Source of the DNA: an uncultured Gammaproteobacteria bacterium
Lineage (GTDB): Bacteria > Pseudomonadota > Gammaproteobacteria > Steroidobacterales > Rariloculaceae
DNA length: 64,000 bases
NCBI GenBank assembly: GCA_963728995.1
Contig: CAVSMD010000008.1
Coordinates: 50,066 to 114,065, forward strand
Direction of reading: 5' to 3'
In this document: positions 28,506 through 38,849 of the stretch, one piece after another
How the letters are laid out: the number at the start of each line of letters is the position of its first letter
Position numbering within the stretch: the stretch's first letter is position 1
Position numbers and translations under genes: made by a program
The notes under the pieces: generated by a model
Databases searched by the model: none
Seen by the model: the letters and a program-made list of their open reading frames with translations, nothing else
Told to the model about the DNA's origin: nothing

Positions 28506-28653
28506 GTACCTACCCCTTATTAATTGACCGGCCGGACCAAGGGGCCCGGCCGATGTGGCGCGTATTGTAGTGAAATCGCCGAGGCCATTCTACAGATCGG
28601 CCGCGTTGGTCTCCCAAGGCTGCAATCAGCGGATTGTGACCGGATTCTCGAGT

Positions 28654-29424
<771 letters not shown>

Positions 29425-29455
29425 GGGCTTGCGTGATTGCTTGCGACGCGCGCGA

Positions 29456-30070
29456 TTATACCCGCGACCTGCGGGTGAGGACGCGTACCGCGGCGGCCAG
29501 CAGGCCGCCGGCCGTCCCAAAGAGATGAGCGGCCACGACCACGGGGCCGCCCACCGCCGCCGCGGTGAACGGTACCGGCCCGACGAGTTGCTCCCACAGC
29601 AGTTTTCCGCCGAGACCGAGCGCGAGCCAGATGCCGATCGCTTCGCGGCGCGCGCATGCCACCAGCGCACCCGCGGCGACGAACCCATGCAGCACGCCCG
29701 AGAGCCCCACGTACCAGTCGACTTGCGGCTCGAGCAGATACAGGCCGAGGTCGATCGAGCCCGCGGTCGCCGCCAGCAACAGCCACCAGTCGCCCGCGTC
29801 GAACAGGTCTTCGAACAGTGCCCCGATCAGCACGAGGGCGATCAAGTTCGGCCACAGGTGGCCCCAGCTCAAGTGCACGAGGTGGCCGGTCACGAGCCGC
29901 CAGAGCTGGCCATGCGCGATCATGACGCCTTCGTACCGCGCCCACGCGCGTGCCTGGTCGCCACCGAACGCCAGCGCCAGGCTCGCGACGGCGATCGCAA
30001 CGATCGGCCACCAGCGCCGCAGTCGCCATTCGGCGACGAAATTAAAGCTCGCCAGGAGATCTTTGTTCAC
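29456..30070 (-). CDS. rrtA: rhombosortase-like small rhomboid-family intramembrane serine protease
   Basis: 204 aa with about 6 TM segments. GQLWRLVTGHLVHLSWGHLWPNL, YVGLSGVLHG (catalytic Ser) and AAHLFGTAGG (catalytic His). The size and the WRL-TGH-H-HL-N signature fit rhombosortase better than GlpG. Confidence 0.6.
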   Translation of the reverse strand: MNKDLLASFNFVAEWRLRRWWPIVAIAVASLALAFGGDQARAWARYEGVMIAHGQLWRLVTGHLVHLSWGHLWPNLIALVLIGALFEDLFDAGDWWLLLAATAGSIDLGLYLLEPQVDWYVGLSGVLHGFVAAGALVACARREAIGIWLALGLGGKLLWEQLVGPVPFTAAAVGGPVVVAAHLFGTAGGLLAAAVRVLTRRSRV

Positions 30071-30149
30071 ATTAGATGTCTAAACGACTGTGTTATCTTC
30101 GACGCCGCACCTGGCAGGCTGCCGGGCCTAATCCACGGGTACCCTCTAT

Positions 30150-30587
30150 ATGCGCGTGATCAGAACACCTCGCCGCACAGCGCAGCAAGGGTTCACCCTG
30201 CTCGAAATCATGGTCGTGGTCGTCATCATCGGCCTGCTCGCCGCGATCGTCGTGCCGAACTTCATGGGCAACGTCGACAAAGCACAGATCAGTCGCGCAA
30301 GACAGGACATTCGGGGAATCGAGACCGCGTTGAATCTGTACCGGCTCGACAACTTCAAGTACCCCAACACGAGCGAGGGTCTCGAAGCCCTCGTGGCCAA
30401 TCCCGGGGAGGCCACCGCGCCGAACTGGAAGCAACAGCTGCCGCGACTGCCCATGGACCCGTGGAACAGACCCTATCAATACGCCTACCCCGGCCAGCAC
30501 GGCGAATTCGATGTGTTCTCGTATGGAGCGGACGGCCAGGAAGGCGGCGAAGGCGTCAATGCCGACATCGGGAATTGGGATTTGTAG
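30150..30587 (+). CDS. gspG: type II secretion major pseudopilin GspG
   Basis: Prepilin leader ...QQG/FTLLEIMVVVVIIGLLAAIVVPN, then DNFKYPNTSEGLEAL and GADGQEGGEG. Confidence 0.95.
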   Translation: MRVIRTPRRTAQQGFTLLEIMVVVVIIGLLAAIVVPNFMGNVDKAQISRARQDIRGIETALNLYRLDNFKYPNTSEGLEALVANPGEATAPNWKQQLPRLPMDPWNRPYQYAYPGQHGEFDVFSYGADGQEGGEGVNADIGNWDL

Positions 30588-31131
30588 CCGAGAGCGTTCG
30601 CGTCCGGCGCAACTCGGCTTCACGCTGCTCGAGCTGCTCGTCGTCGTGGCGATCATCGGTATTCTCGCGGGCGCCGTCGTGCTGTCGCTCGGCAGCCTCG
30701 GCAATGATCGGCAAGTCGAGCAAGAAACGAATCGCTTGCGCAGCCTTCTGAGTCTCCTGCACGAGGAATCGCTCATGCAGAGCCGCGACTACGGTGTGAT
30801 GTTCACGGCAACGGGCTATCGCTTCTACATATACGATTATCAGAAGCTGGGCTGGGTCGATCCCATCGACGACCGGCTGTTGCAGCTGTATCACCTCCGC
30901 CCACAGCTGAACATGGCGCTGGTCCTCGACGGGCGCGACGTGGAGCTCCTGCGCGATTTCGACGCGCAGGACGTCGACAAGCCGGATCCGCAAGTCATGC
31001 TGTTGTCGAGCGGCGAGATCACGCCGTTCACCCTCGATGTGGCGCGCGAGGGCCGCGAAGGCGCTTTCGTCCTCACGGGCGAGCTCGACGGCACGTTCAC
31101 GGTCGACCAAAAGGGTTTCGATGCGCGTTAG
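30559..31131 (+). CDS. gspH: type II secretion minor pseudopilin GspH
   Basis: ...AQLG/FTLLELLVVVAIIGILAG. ATG 30559 overlaps the gspG 3' end. Confidence 0.8.
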   Translation: MPTSGIGICSRERSRPAQLGFTLLELLVVVAIIGILAGAVVLSLGSLGNDRQVEQETNRLRSLLSLLHEESLMQSRDYGVMFTATGYRFYIYDYQKLGWVDPIDDRLLQLYHLRPQLNMALVLDGRDVELLRDFDAQDVDKPDPQVMLLSSGEITPFTLDVAREGREGAFVLTGELDGTFTVDQKGFDAR

Positions 31132-31558
31132 TGGCACCGCTTGCCGCGGATTCACGTTGCTCGAGGCCATGGTGGCGCTCGTGATCGTTGCGCTCGGCAT
31201 GATGGCCGTGAACACACAGCTGAATCGCTACACCGTCGCAGCCATCTATGTCGAGCAGAAGACGCTGGCCAGTTGGATCGCCTCGAACAAGCTCGAGGAG
31301 CTCAGCGTGGCGTCCACCTGGCCCGAAGTCGGCGAGCATGACGAGGACGTCGAGTTCGCGGGCCAGAAATGGCGCTGCGCAATCAAGGTTCAGGAGACGG
31401 AGGTCAAGAACCTCCATCGTGTCGACGTGTCCGTGTCTTTGGCCTCGGATCCGGAGCGCGTCGTGCACAAGCTCATGGGTCTGATCGAGCCCCCCGTCCC
31501 CCCGGGGTTCCTGCCCCCGCAGTGGTCGGGCGGGCGCGGCGGCGGCCAGCGGGGTTGA
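31121..31558 (+). CDS. gspI: type II secretion minor pseudopilin GspI
   Basis: MRVSGTACRG/FTLLEAMVALVIVALG, with operon position. Confidence 0.8.
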   Translation: MRVSGTACRGFTLLEAMVALVIVALGMMAVNTQLNRYTVAAIYVEQKTLASWIASNKLEELSVASTWPEVGEHDEDVEFAGQKWRCAIKVQETEVKNLHRVDVSVSLASDPERVVHKLMGLIEPPVPPGFLPPQWSGGRGGGQRG

Positions 31559-32172
31559 GCGCCGTGCGCACCAGTCGCGGGTTCACGCTCGTCGAGCTGC
31601 TCGTTGCGATGGCGATCGTGGCCGTCATCGGCGTGATGGCGCTCACAGGCTTGACGCAGGTCATCAAGCAACAAACCATCGCGCGCGAGCGCGTGGAGCG
31701 CTGGCAGGCGATTCAGCTCGCGATGCGCCTGGTTACTCAGGACCTTGCGCAGCTGCAGCCGCGTGAGACGCGCGAGGAGCTCGGCGAGAGTTATCAGCCG
31801 AGCTTGCTCGCCGATCCGAGCGCGCAGTTCGCGCTCGAGTTCAGTCGCGGCGGCTGGGCAAACCCGGGCGCCTTTCCGCGCGGCACCGTGCTGCGGGTCG
31901 CCTACGATTGGGAAGACGACAAGCTCTTTCGAGTGCACTGGCCCGTCATGGACCGAACGTCGTCGACGCTGCCCGTGCGTACCGAGCTGCTCGACGGCGT
32001 CGACAACGTCGAGGTCCGGTTTCTCGATACCGCCGGGGAGTGGCATCTCGAGTGGCCGCCCGTAGACATGCAGGGCCCCCAGCGCCTGATTGCACGCCCG
32101 CGAGCCGTGGAGTTCGCCGTGGAGCTCAAGGATTTCGGCCGCGTTTGGCGACTCGTGGAGACGAGCGGTTGA
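31555..32172 (+). CDS. gspJ: type II secretion minor pseudopilin GspJ
   Basis: ..TSRG/FTLVELLVAMAIVAVIG. TTG 31555 overlaps the gspI stop (TTGA); GTG 31564 is an alternative start. Confidence 0.8.
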   Translation: MSAVRTSRGFTLVELLVAMAIVAVIGVMALTGLTQVIKQQTIARERVERWQAIQLAMRLVTQDLAQLQPRETREELGESYQPSLLADPSAQFALEFSRGGWANPGAFPRGTVLRVAYDWEDDKLFRVHWPVMDRTSSTLPVRTELLDGVDNVEVRFLDTAGEWHLEWPPVDMQGPQRLIARPRAVEFAVELKDFGRVWRLVETSG

Positions 32173-33095
32173 ACGCGCGCCGGCAACAACGCGGCGTGGC
32201 GGTCCTGACGGCGATGCTGGTCGTCACGATCGGCACGATCATCGCGGTCAATTTGATGTGGGAGGCCACGCTCGATCTGCGGCGGACCGAGTCGGCGCTC
32301 GCTGCCGATCAGGGTCTGCTGTACATGCAGGGTGCGGAGGCGTGGGCGGCCGACATTCTCCGTCAGGATCAGGTCGACTCGCCGAGCAGCGACAACCTGA
32401 GCGAGCCGTGGGCCACGGACCTGCCGCCGCTGCCCGTCGACGGAGGCACGATCACCGGCAGGCTCGAAGATCTGCAGGGGCGGTTCAACGTGAACAATCT
32501 GTTGAAACCCGACGGGACGCAAAACGATCTGGCGCGCAAGCAGTTCGAGCGGCTGCTGAGCCTGCTCGAGCTGGATCCGGGGCTCGCAGGTGCGGTCGTC
32601 GATTGGCTCGATCCCGATACCGAGGTGCGTTTTCCGACCGGTGGCGAGGACGTCACCTACGCCGGTGCCGATCCGCCGTATCGAACGGCCAATTCCATGA
32701 TCACGTCACCCTCGGAGCTCATGGCCGTCGCGGGTTTCGACAAAGACGCGTATCAGGCGCTCGCGCCGTACGTCACGGCGTTGCCGATCGGCACCAAATT
32801 GAACGTGAACACAGCGTCGGCCGTGCTGCTCGCATCGCTGTCGGAGGATATCGATCTCCCGACCGCGGAGTCGCTCGTCGAGCAGCGGAACAACGCCGAC
32901 TTTCCGGATATCGACAAGACCTTCGAGGGGCTCGTCGAGCCCGCGGTATTGAAGACCATCGATGGCGTGAGCGAGCACTTTTTGTTGACCGCAACGGTTA
33001 CGCTCGGTACAAATCAGCTCACGATGCGATCGGTGCTGCAGCGCGACGCGAGCGGTCTCACGCGCGCGCTGTTCCGGAGCCTGGGAGTCGAGTAG
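32169..33095 (+). CDS. gspK: type II secretion minor pseudopilin GspK
   Basis: RGVAVLTAMLVVTIGTIIAV, PVDGGTITGRLEDLQGRFNVNNL and LNVNTA. The TTGA start/stop overlaps gspJ. Confidence 0.85.
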   Translation: MNARRQQRGVAVLTAMLVVTIGTIIAVNLMWEATLDLRRTESALAADQGLLYMQGAEAWAADILRQDQVDSPSSDNLSEPWATDLPPLPVDGGTITGRLEDLQGRFNVNNLLKPDGTQNDLARKQFERLLSLLELDPGLAGAVVDWLDPDTEVRFPTGGEDVTYAGADPPYRTANSMITSPSELMAVAGFDKDAYQALAPYVTALPIGTKLNVNTASAVLLASLSEDIDLPTAESLVEQRNNADFPDIDKTFEGLVEPAVLKTIDGVSEHFLLTATVTLGTNQLTMRSVLQRDASGLTRALFRSLGVE

Positions 33096-33096
33096 G

Positions 33097-34317
33097 TTGA
33101 CAGAGACGTTGTTCATCCGGCTGATCGACGACGGGACCGCGACCTGGGCAGCCTTCGACGCGCATGGCGCGCTCGCAAGCCCGGTCGGTCGCGGCGCGTT
33201 GGCCGGTGCCGCGGCCGCACTGCTCGGGCGGCGCTGTTGCGTCCTCGTGCCGGCCGTCGATGTCACGAGCACGCAGGTCGAGTTGCCGGTCGCCAGTCAA
33301 GCGCGCTTGCGGCAGATCGTCCCGTTCTCGCTCGAAGAGTCGCTCGCGGATGACCTCGAGCAGCTCGCGTTTGCGATCGGCACGCGCCTCGCATCGGGAA
33401 GCACGCCCGTCATCGTGGTGGCCAAGCAGCAGATGGCGTCCTGGCTGGAGCAGTTGCGCGCGGCCACCATCATCCCGCACGCCGTGTGCTCGGAGGCCGA
33501 TGGCGTTCCGGACGTGCCGGGCACACTCGTTCTCGTGGTCGAGGGCGACCGCATTTACGGGCGTTACGCGCAGCACGCTCCGTTCGTGCTCGAAGGTCTC
33601 ACCTTGCGTCAAACGCTCGACGTCGCGCGCCTGCCCGAGCAGCAGCCGACCGAGCGGCATCTGCTCGTGTACACCGACGCTGAGAATCGGGACGGCGTGC
33701 GCAGCGAGGTCGCAGCGCTCCAGGAAGAGTATGCGAGCGTCGAGATCAAGGTCGCCGCGGAGGGTGTATTTCCACACCTGGCGGCCACGCTGGCGCAGCG
33801 TCCCGGCACCAATCTGCTGCAGGGCGCGTACGCCCCGAAATCCAATTGGGCGGCGTTCACGCGGCCCTGGCGATTCGCGGCGACGCTGCTGATCGCGACC
33901 GCCGCGCTGCTGTTCGTTTCGCAAGGCGCACAGTACTGGCAGCTGCGCCGCAGCGATCGCGAGCTCGACCAGCTGATCTCGGCGGGTTGTCAACGTGCCG
34001 TCGGTGACGCGCGTCAATCCGCCTGCCAGCGCGCGGTTCAGGCGCAGCTCGGCCGCCCGGCGAGCGACAGCTCGGAGAACTTCCTCACGACTTTGGCTGC
34101 CATTTCTGCCGCCCGCGGTCCCGACATGCGGATCGACGCGTTGAGCTATCGAAACGGCGTCATGGATCTGCAGCTAGTCGTCGAGAACGTGCCCGCGCTC
34201 GACGAATTCGCGCGCGGTCTCGAGCAGACGAAACGTTTCGCCGCCGAGATCCAGGCCGCCAACCAACGCGATACGGGCACCGAAGGACGCGTCCGCGTGA
34301 CGGGCGCGAAGCCATGA
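33097..34317 (+). CDS. gspL: type II secretion assembly protein GspL
   Basis: TETLFIRL..., LRQIVPFSLEESLADDLEQL, a mid TM segment, and operon position. Confidence 0.85.
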   Translation: MTETLFIRLIDDGTATWAAFDAHGALASPVGRGALAGAAAALLGRRCCVLVPAVDVTSTQVELPVASQARLRQIVPFSLEESLADDLEQLAFAIGTRLASGSTPVIVVAKQQMASWLEQLRAATIIPHAVCSEADGVPDVPGTLVLVVEGDRIYGRYAQHAPFVLEGLTLRQTLDVARLPEQQPTERHLLVYTDAENRDGVRSEVAALQEEYASVEIKVAAEGVFPHLAATLAQRPGTNLLQGAYAPKSNWAAFTRPWRFAATLLIATAALLFVSQGAQYWQLRRSDRELDQLISAGCQRAVGDARQSACQRAVQAQLGRPASDSSENFLTTLAAISAARGPDMRIDALSYRNGVMDLQLVVENVPALDEFARGLEQTKRFAAEIQAANQRDTGTEGRVRVTGAKP

Positions 34318-34778
34318 GAGCCTGGTTCGACGCTCTCGAGCCGCGCGAGCGCTTGATCCTGATGGCTGGCGGTATCGTCGCCGTCGTCATCATCGCCTGG
34401 TGGCTGGTGTTCAAGCCGCTCTGGACCGGCTCCACCACTCTGCGCACCGCCGTCGAATCGAAGCAGCGGCTACTGCTGGATCTCGCGCGCGTCGAGGCCA
34501 GTGGAGCCGCGGGGGCGAGCGTCGGTCAAGACAACGACAAGACTCTGGTGGTGGTGGTCGACAACACGGCCAAGCAGCATGGCCTTCGGCTCGCGCGTGC
34601 ACGGCCGAATGGTCCGAGTGGGGTCGACGTGACGTTTCAGGGCGTGCCGTTCGACGTGCTCGTGACCTGGCTCATGACGCTGCATCAGAGTTACGCCATC
34701 GACGTCGAGTCGGCGTCGCTCAGCAGCGCGCGAGAGCAAGGGCTCGTCAACGGCCAGCTCTCGCTGCATAGGCTCTAG
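34314..34778 (+). CDS. gspM: type II secretion protein GspM
   Basis: MRAWFDALEPRERLILMAGGIVAVVIIAWWLVFKPLW, with a 4-nt overlap with gspL. Confidence 0.85.
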   Translation: MRAWFDALEPRERLILMAGGIVAVVIIAWWLVFKPLWTGSTTLRTAVESKQRLLLDLARVEASGAAGASVGQDNDKTLVVVVDNTAKQHGLRLARARPNGPSGVDVTFQGVPFDVLVTWLMTLHQSYAIDVESASLSSAREQGLVNGQLSLHRL

Positions 34779-34779
34779 C

Positions 34780-35541
34780 GTGACGAATCGATGGTCCTGG
34801 CTGGCACTCGGCGTCGGCGCGTATCTGGCGTTCACGCTGGCCGCCTTCCCCGCCGGCACGGCCACGCGGTGGCTCGTGCCTGCCGACGACGTCACGCTGA
34901 GCGGCATCCAAGGCACGGTGTGGTCGGGTGCCGCCACCGGCGCCGTCGTGCATGACCTGGCAGTCCAGGATTTGCGGTGGCGGTTGCATCCCGCGTCGCT
35001 GTTGCTCGGTCGCCTCTCGGCGACGCTCCAGGCGCGGGTCGCGGATGGGTTCGTCGACACCGACGTCGTGGCCTCGACGCATGCCGTGCAGTTCACGAAT
35101 CTGCGCGGGGGCGCATCGCTCGGCGCGCTCGCGGGCGTTTTACCCGTTCACGGTATGCGCGGCCAGGCGAGCGCCCAGCTGGCGTCGCTCGAGCTCACGG
35201 ACGGTTGGCCGTCGCAAGTCATCGGTGAGCTGAAGCTCGCGGGGCTCGAGGTGCCGCCGCTCATGCCGGGGGGCGCGACGAGCATGCTGCCACTCGGCGA
35301 CTACACCATCACCTTCGGTGAAGCGCCACACGGGATCGTGGCGGCGCGCTTCGTGGACACCGGTGGCCCGCTCGAGGTCTCGGGCAGCGTGAGCATCAGC
35401 ATGGCCCGCGAGTATATGTTCGACGCGCTGATCAAGTCGCGCGCGAGCGCGCCGGATGAGATCGTCGAAGGCTTGAAAATCATGACCGCCGAGCCGGACG
35501 CGCAAGGCCGCCGCCGGTTGACGCTCACGGGCTCGCTATAG
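34780..35541 (+). CDS. gspN: type II secretion protein GspN
   Basis: N-terminal TM segment, GIQGTVWSGAA, LRWRLHPASLLLGRL, and last position in the operon. Confidence 0.75.
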   Translation: MTNRWSWLALGVGAYLAFTLAAFPAGTATRWLVPADDVTLSGIQGTVWSGAATGAVVHDLAVQDLRWRLHPASLLLGRLSATLQARVADGFVDTDVVASTHAVQFTNLRGGASLGALAGVLPVHGMRGQASAQLASLELTDGWPSQVIGELKLAGLEVPPLMPGGATSMLPLGDYTITFGEAPHGIVAARFVDTGGPLEVSGSVSISMAREYMFDALIKSRASAPDEIVEGLKIMTAEPDAQGRRRLTLTGSL

Positions 35542-38500
35542 GGGCGGGCCAGCCGCGGAACTCCGCGAGCAGCGGAAAATACAGCCCGACGTAAATCGGT
35601 CGCGCATCGATGCCGGCCATGACGGCGGCGTAGCGTTCGAGCTGCGGCCGGTAGCGCGCGACCTCCGAGTCCAGGAAGGCCGCGAGATCTCCGCCTTCGT
35701 GTTGGCTCGTCTTGAAGTCGACGATCCAGCGCTTGCCGTCTTCGACGAACGTCCGATCGAGACGTAGATGCTCGAGAAACGCGCCGCTGCGCACGGTCAA
35801 ACCCAATTCGCTGCGCCCTTCGTCGTGCGCGCCGAGCACCCAGCGACCGCGTGGGTCGGCGAGCGCGCTCGTCAACGCGGCCACCACGCGTTTCGCAGCG
35901 CTGGCAACGTCGCGCGCCTCCACGCCGAGCAACAGGAGCTCGCCTTCGAAGCGCTGCGCCGATTCGCGAACGCCCGCGGCCGTTGCCGCATCGATTCCGC
36001 GCTCGGCGAGTCGTTGCAGATGGCGGTGCACGACGGTGCCCACGTGCACGGCGACCTGTCCTGCCCAGGCGAACTCGGGTGCCGTCGCAGGCACGTCGGG
36101 CACGGCGGCCTGGGCCGCCGCGCTGCAGGCCGCAGGCCGCAGCTCGAGGCGACGCAAGGCGGGTGTGATCGCTGGCGACTCGGCGTCGGGCGGCTGCGGC
36201 GCAAGCGCGACCTCGCGTGACTCGATCCCGAGCACCGACTGCAGATGCGTGAGCATCGAGCCCGGCCGCGGCTGCGCATCGTCCGGCGACCATCGCCAGA
36301 TCAGATGCAAACGCTCACGAGCCCGCGTCGTAGCGACGTACAGCAACCGCGCGCGCTCGGCGAGGTCGCGCCGGCGCTCGGCGCGACGCACGAAATCCGT
36401 CAGGCGTGCGCCGACCTCGTCTCCGGCCGCCGCCGCCGGCACGATCAGCAAATCCTCGCGTCCGTCGGCCGCAACGCGCGGGAGCCACTGCAGCGCTTGC
36501 TCCTCGTCGCGGTACGGCTCACGGGCGAGTCCCAGCAGGATCACCGTGTCGAACTCGAGGCCCTTGGCCCGATGCATCGTCATGATCTCGATCCCTTGCT
36601 CGCGCGGCGGGTCCGCTTGCGGCTGCGCGCCCTGCAGCAGCAGGTGCAGCTGCGCCGGATCATCGAGATCGCCATGCCTTTCGGCGGCGGCGAGCAGGGA
36701 GAAAAATTGCTCGGCCGCGTGCAGCTCCGCAGCGTCGTCGAGACAGGCCGGGCCGTCGAGCGCTCGCCACGTGCGCTCGACCCATCGCGCGAGCGAGCCG
36801 CCGTGACGCTGCGCAAACGCTGCCGCGAGCGCGGCGCTCACGGCGTCCAGCCGGGCGCGAGCGTCCTCGCCGAGGCGCGCCGTGCGCTCCACATCATGCA
36901 GCAGCTGCCAGACCGTGCGCTCGCCGGCGGCGGCGCACAGCGCCGCGAGGTCGCTCCAGCGCAGGCCGCACCACGGCGCGCGCAGCACGCCGAGCCAGGC
37001 GATCTTGTCGGCCGGATGAATCAGCGCACGCGTGAGACCTGCAAGATCGTGGGCGATCTGCTGCTCGTCGAGCGTGTCGATCTCCACGGCATGAACGGGC
37101 CAACCGCGGCCGCGCAGGCGCTCTCGTAAACCCTCGAGGTGCGTCCGACTCTGCACGAGCACGGCAATCGATTGCCCGACGTCGCGGTGGCGCTCGGCCG
37201 CCAGAATCTCCACCACTCGTTCTGCTTCGCCGCCGGCACGGCTCATAGTGACCTCGGCCGTCGTCACGAATTGTTGCGGCGCGCGTTCGCGAACGGCGCT
37301 GCTGGCACGGAACGCGGCGGTGCCGCTCTCGATGCGGTCCTCTGGCGGAAACACACCCGCAAACACCGAGTTCACCCACTCGACGATGGCAGGCGCGCTT
37401 CGAAAGTTGCTCTGCAGGGTCAGGCTCGTCAGGGCGATGCCGCCCACGCCGCGTTGCTTCGCGCGCAGGAACAGGGACATGTCCGCGTCGCGAAAGCGGT
37501 AGATCGACTGCATCGGGTCGCCAACGAGAAACAAGGTGCGTCCGTCGTCGCTCTGCCAGCCGCCGGTCAGCAACTCCAGCAGTCGCAACTGCGATTGCGA
37601 GGTGTCCTGAAACTCGTCCACGAGGATATGCTGGATTCTGCGATCGAGGGCCAGTAGAAGATCCGACGGCGCGTCGACGTGGCCCAACGCGCGGCGCGCC
37701 GCGAGCGCGAGCTCGACGAAATCGACGGTGTGCCGTTCGGCGAACACGACTTTGAGCTCGGCCGCCAGACGCAGCAGCACCGTCCGCAGTGCGGTGAGGC
37801 TCTGCCACTGTGAATCGCTGTAATGGCCTTCGGGCAACGTGGCGACCGTCGCAAGTGCCTGCCGCAGCGGTTCGTCGTCGCGACAGTGCTCGAGCAGCGC
37901 GCGGCAGCGCTCGCGCAAGTCAGCATGCTCGGCGCCGAAGCCTTCGGACTTCGTGATGCGTTTTCGCCATTCGCCCGTCTTCGTGAGCAGGAGCGCGGCA
38001 ACGCCGCGCCAAGCTGCGAGCGCGAGCGCCCCCTCGCGCGGCGGCTCGCGCATCGCGAGCCATGGCGCGAGGCGGGTTCGCAGCGGCTCGGCTGCCGCCC
38101 CGGCGGCGTGCTGCAGCAAGGGCACGAGCTGCCGCAGCACTGCCGGTGAGCACGTGGCGGCGGCCGTTGCCACCTCGTCCTCCACGAGCCGCTGCAGCGC
38201 ACCTTCCAGTGCCGGCCGCAGGGCCGCCGTGGCCCGCCCGGCGAGGTGCTGTAACCACTGGTCGCGACGCGACAGCAATGCCGCGAGCAGCTGCTCGAGA
38301 CGCTCCGTGTCGTTGTCGACACCGCGCAGCAGCGTTCGCAGGCTCGCCGCGAGGGCGCCGCGGTCGCCGAGCACGGCAGCGACGGTGCGGCGCGCAGCCT
38401 CGCGGTAATGCTGCTCCGGCCTGTCCACGATATCGGCCGCTGCGACCCCGCCGGCCAGCACGGGCAGCTGCTGTGACAGCCACACATTGAACGCGTCGAG

Positions 38501-38845
38501 GGTATCGATGCGGAGCCGCTGCGGCTGGCTCAGCAACGTCCAGTCGAATTCGGCGTCGCGCGCGATGACCGCGCGAGCGAGACGCAGGGTCGTCGCCTCG
38601 TGCGCATGCGCGGCGACATGCCCTTGCGCACCGCGGCGCAGCGCGTGCACCACGCGGCGGCGCATTTCTGCCGCGGCCTTGCGCGTGAACGTGATCGCGA
38701 CGACTTGCTCCGGCTGCTGCACGGTGGCGAGCAGCGCGAGGTAACGCTGGATCAGGAGCTCCGTCTTGCCGGAGCCGGCCGGCGCTTGAACGATGAACGA
38801 CCGCGTCGGGTCGAGCGCCGCGGCGCGTGCGGCGTCGTCGCTCAT
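35525..38845 (-). CDS. addA: UvrD-type helicase with C-terminal PD-(D/E)XK nuclease (AddA-like subunit)
   Basis: FIVQAPAGSGKT Walker A, ILVDEFQDTS, and the C-terminal RLDRTFVEDGKRWIVDFKT nuclease motif. The alternative start at 38869 would overlap the addB-like gene. Confidence 0.85.
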   Translation of the reverse strand: MSDDAARAAALDPTRSFIVQAPAGSGKTELLIQRYLALLATVQQPEQVVAITFTRKAAAEMRRRVVHALRRGAQGHVAAHAHEATTLRLARAVIARDAEFDWTLLSQPQRLRIDTLDAFNVWLSQQLPVLAGGVAAADIVDRPEQHYREAARRTVAAVLGDRGALAASLRTLLRGVDNDTERLEQLLAALLSRRDQWLQHLAGRATAALRPALEGALQRLVEDEVATAAATCSPAVLRQLVPLLQHAAGAAAEPLRTRLAPWLAMREPPREGALALAAWRGVAALLLTKTGEWRKRITKSEGFGAEHADLRERCRALLEHCRDDEPLRQALATVATLPEGHYSDSQWQSLTALRTVLLRLAAELKVVFAERHTVDFVELALAARRALGHVDAPSDLLLALDRRIQHILVDEFQDTSQSQLRLLELLTGGWQSDDGRTLFLVGDPMQSIYRFRDADMSLFLRAKQRGVGGIALTSLTLQSNFRSAPAIVEWVNSVFAGVFPPEDRIESGTAAFRASSAVRERAPQQFVTTAEVTMSRAGGEAERVVEILAAERHRDVGQSIAVLVQSRTHLEGLRERLRGRGWPVHAVEIDTLDEQQIAHDLAGLTRALIHPADKIAWLGVLRAPWCGLRWSDLAALCAAAGERTVWQLLHDVERTARLGEDARARLDAVSAALAAAFAQRHGGSLARWVERTWRALDGPACLDDAAELHAAEQFFSLLAAAERHGDLDDPAQLHLLLQGAQPQADPPREQGIEIMTMHRAKGLEFDTVILLGLAREPYRDEEQALQWLPRVAADGREDLLIVPAAAAGDEVGARLTDFVRRAERRRDLAERARLLYVATTRARERLHLIWRWSPDDAQPRPGSMLTHLQSVLGIESREVALAPQPPDAESPAITPALRRLELRPAACSAAAQAAVPDVPATAPEFAWAGQVAVHVGTVVHRHLQRLAERGIDAATAAGVRESAQRFEGELLLLGVEARDVASAAKRVVAALTSALADPRGRWVLGAHDEGRSELGLTVRSGAFLEHLRLDRTFVEDGKRWIVDFKTSQHEGGDLAAFLDSEVARYRPQLERYAAVMAGIDARPIYVGLYFPLLAEFRGWPAPIASP

Positions 38846-38849
38846 GCGC

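Noticed and set aside
26202-28523. 773-aa ORF on the plus strand spanning pabC, fabF and acpP.
   Set aside because: It is antisense to three unmistakable genes. The translation is Arg/Ala/Gly-rich with no motifs. It is a typical long shadow ORF of a high-GC genome.
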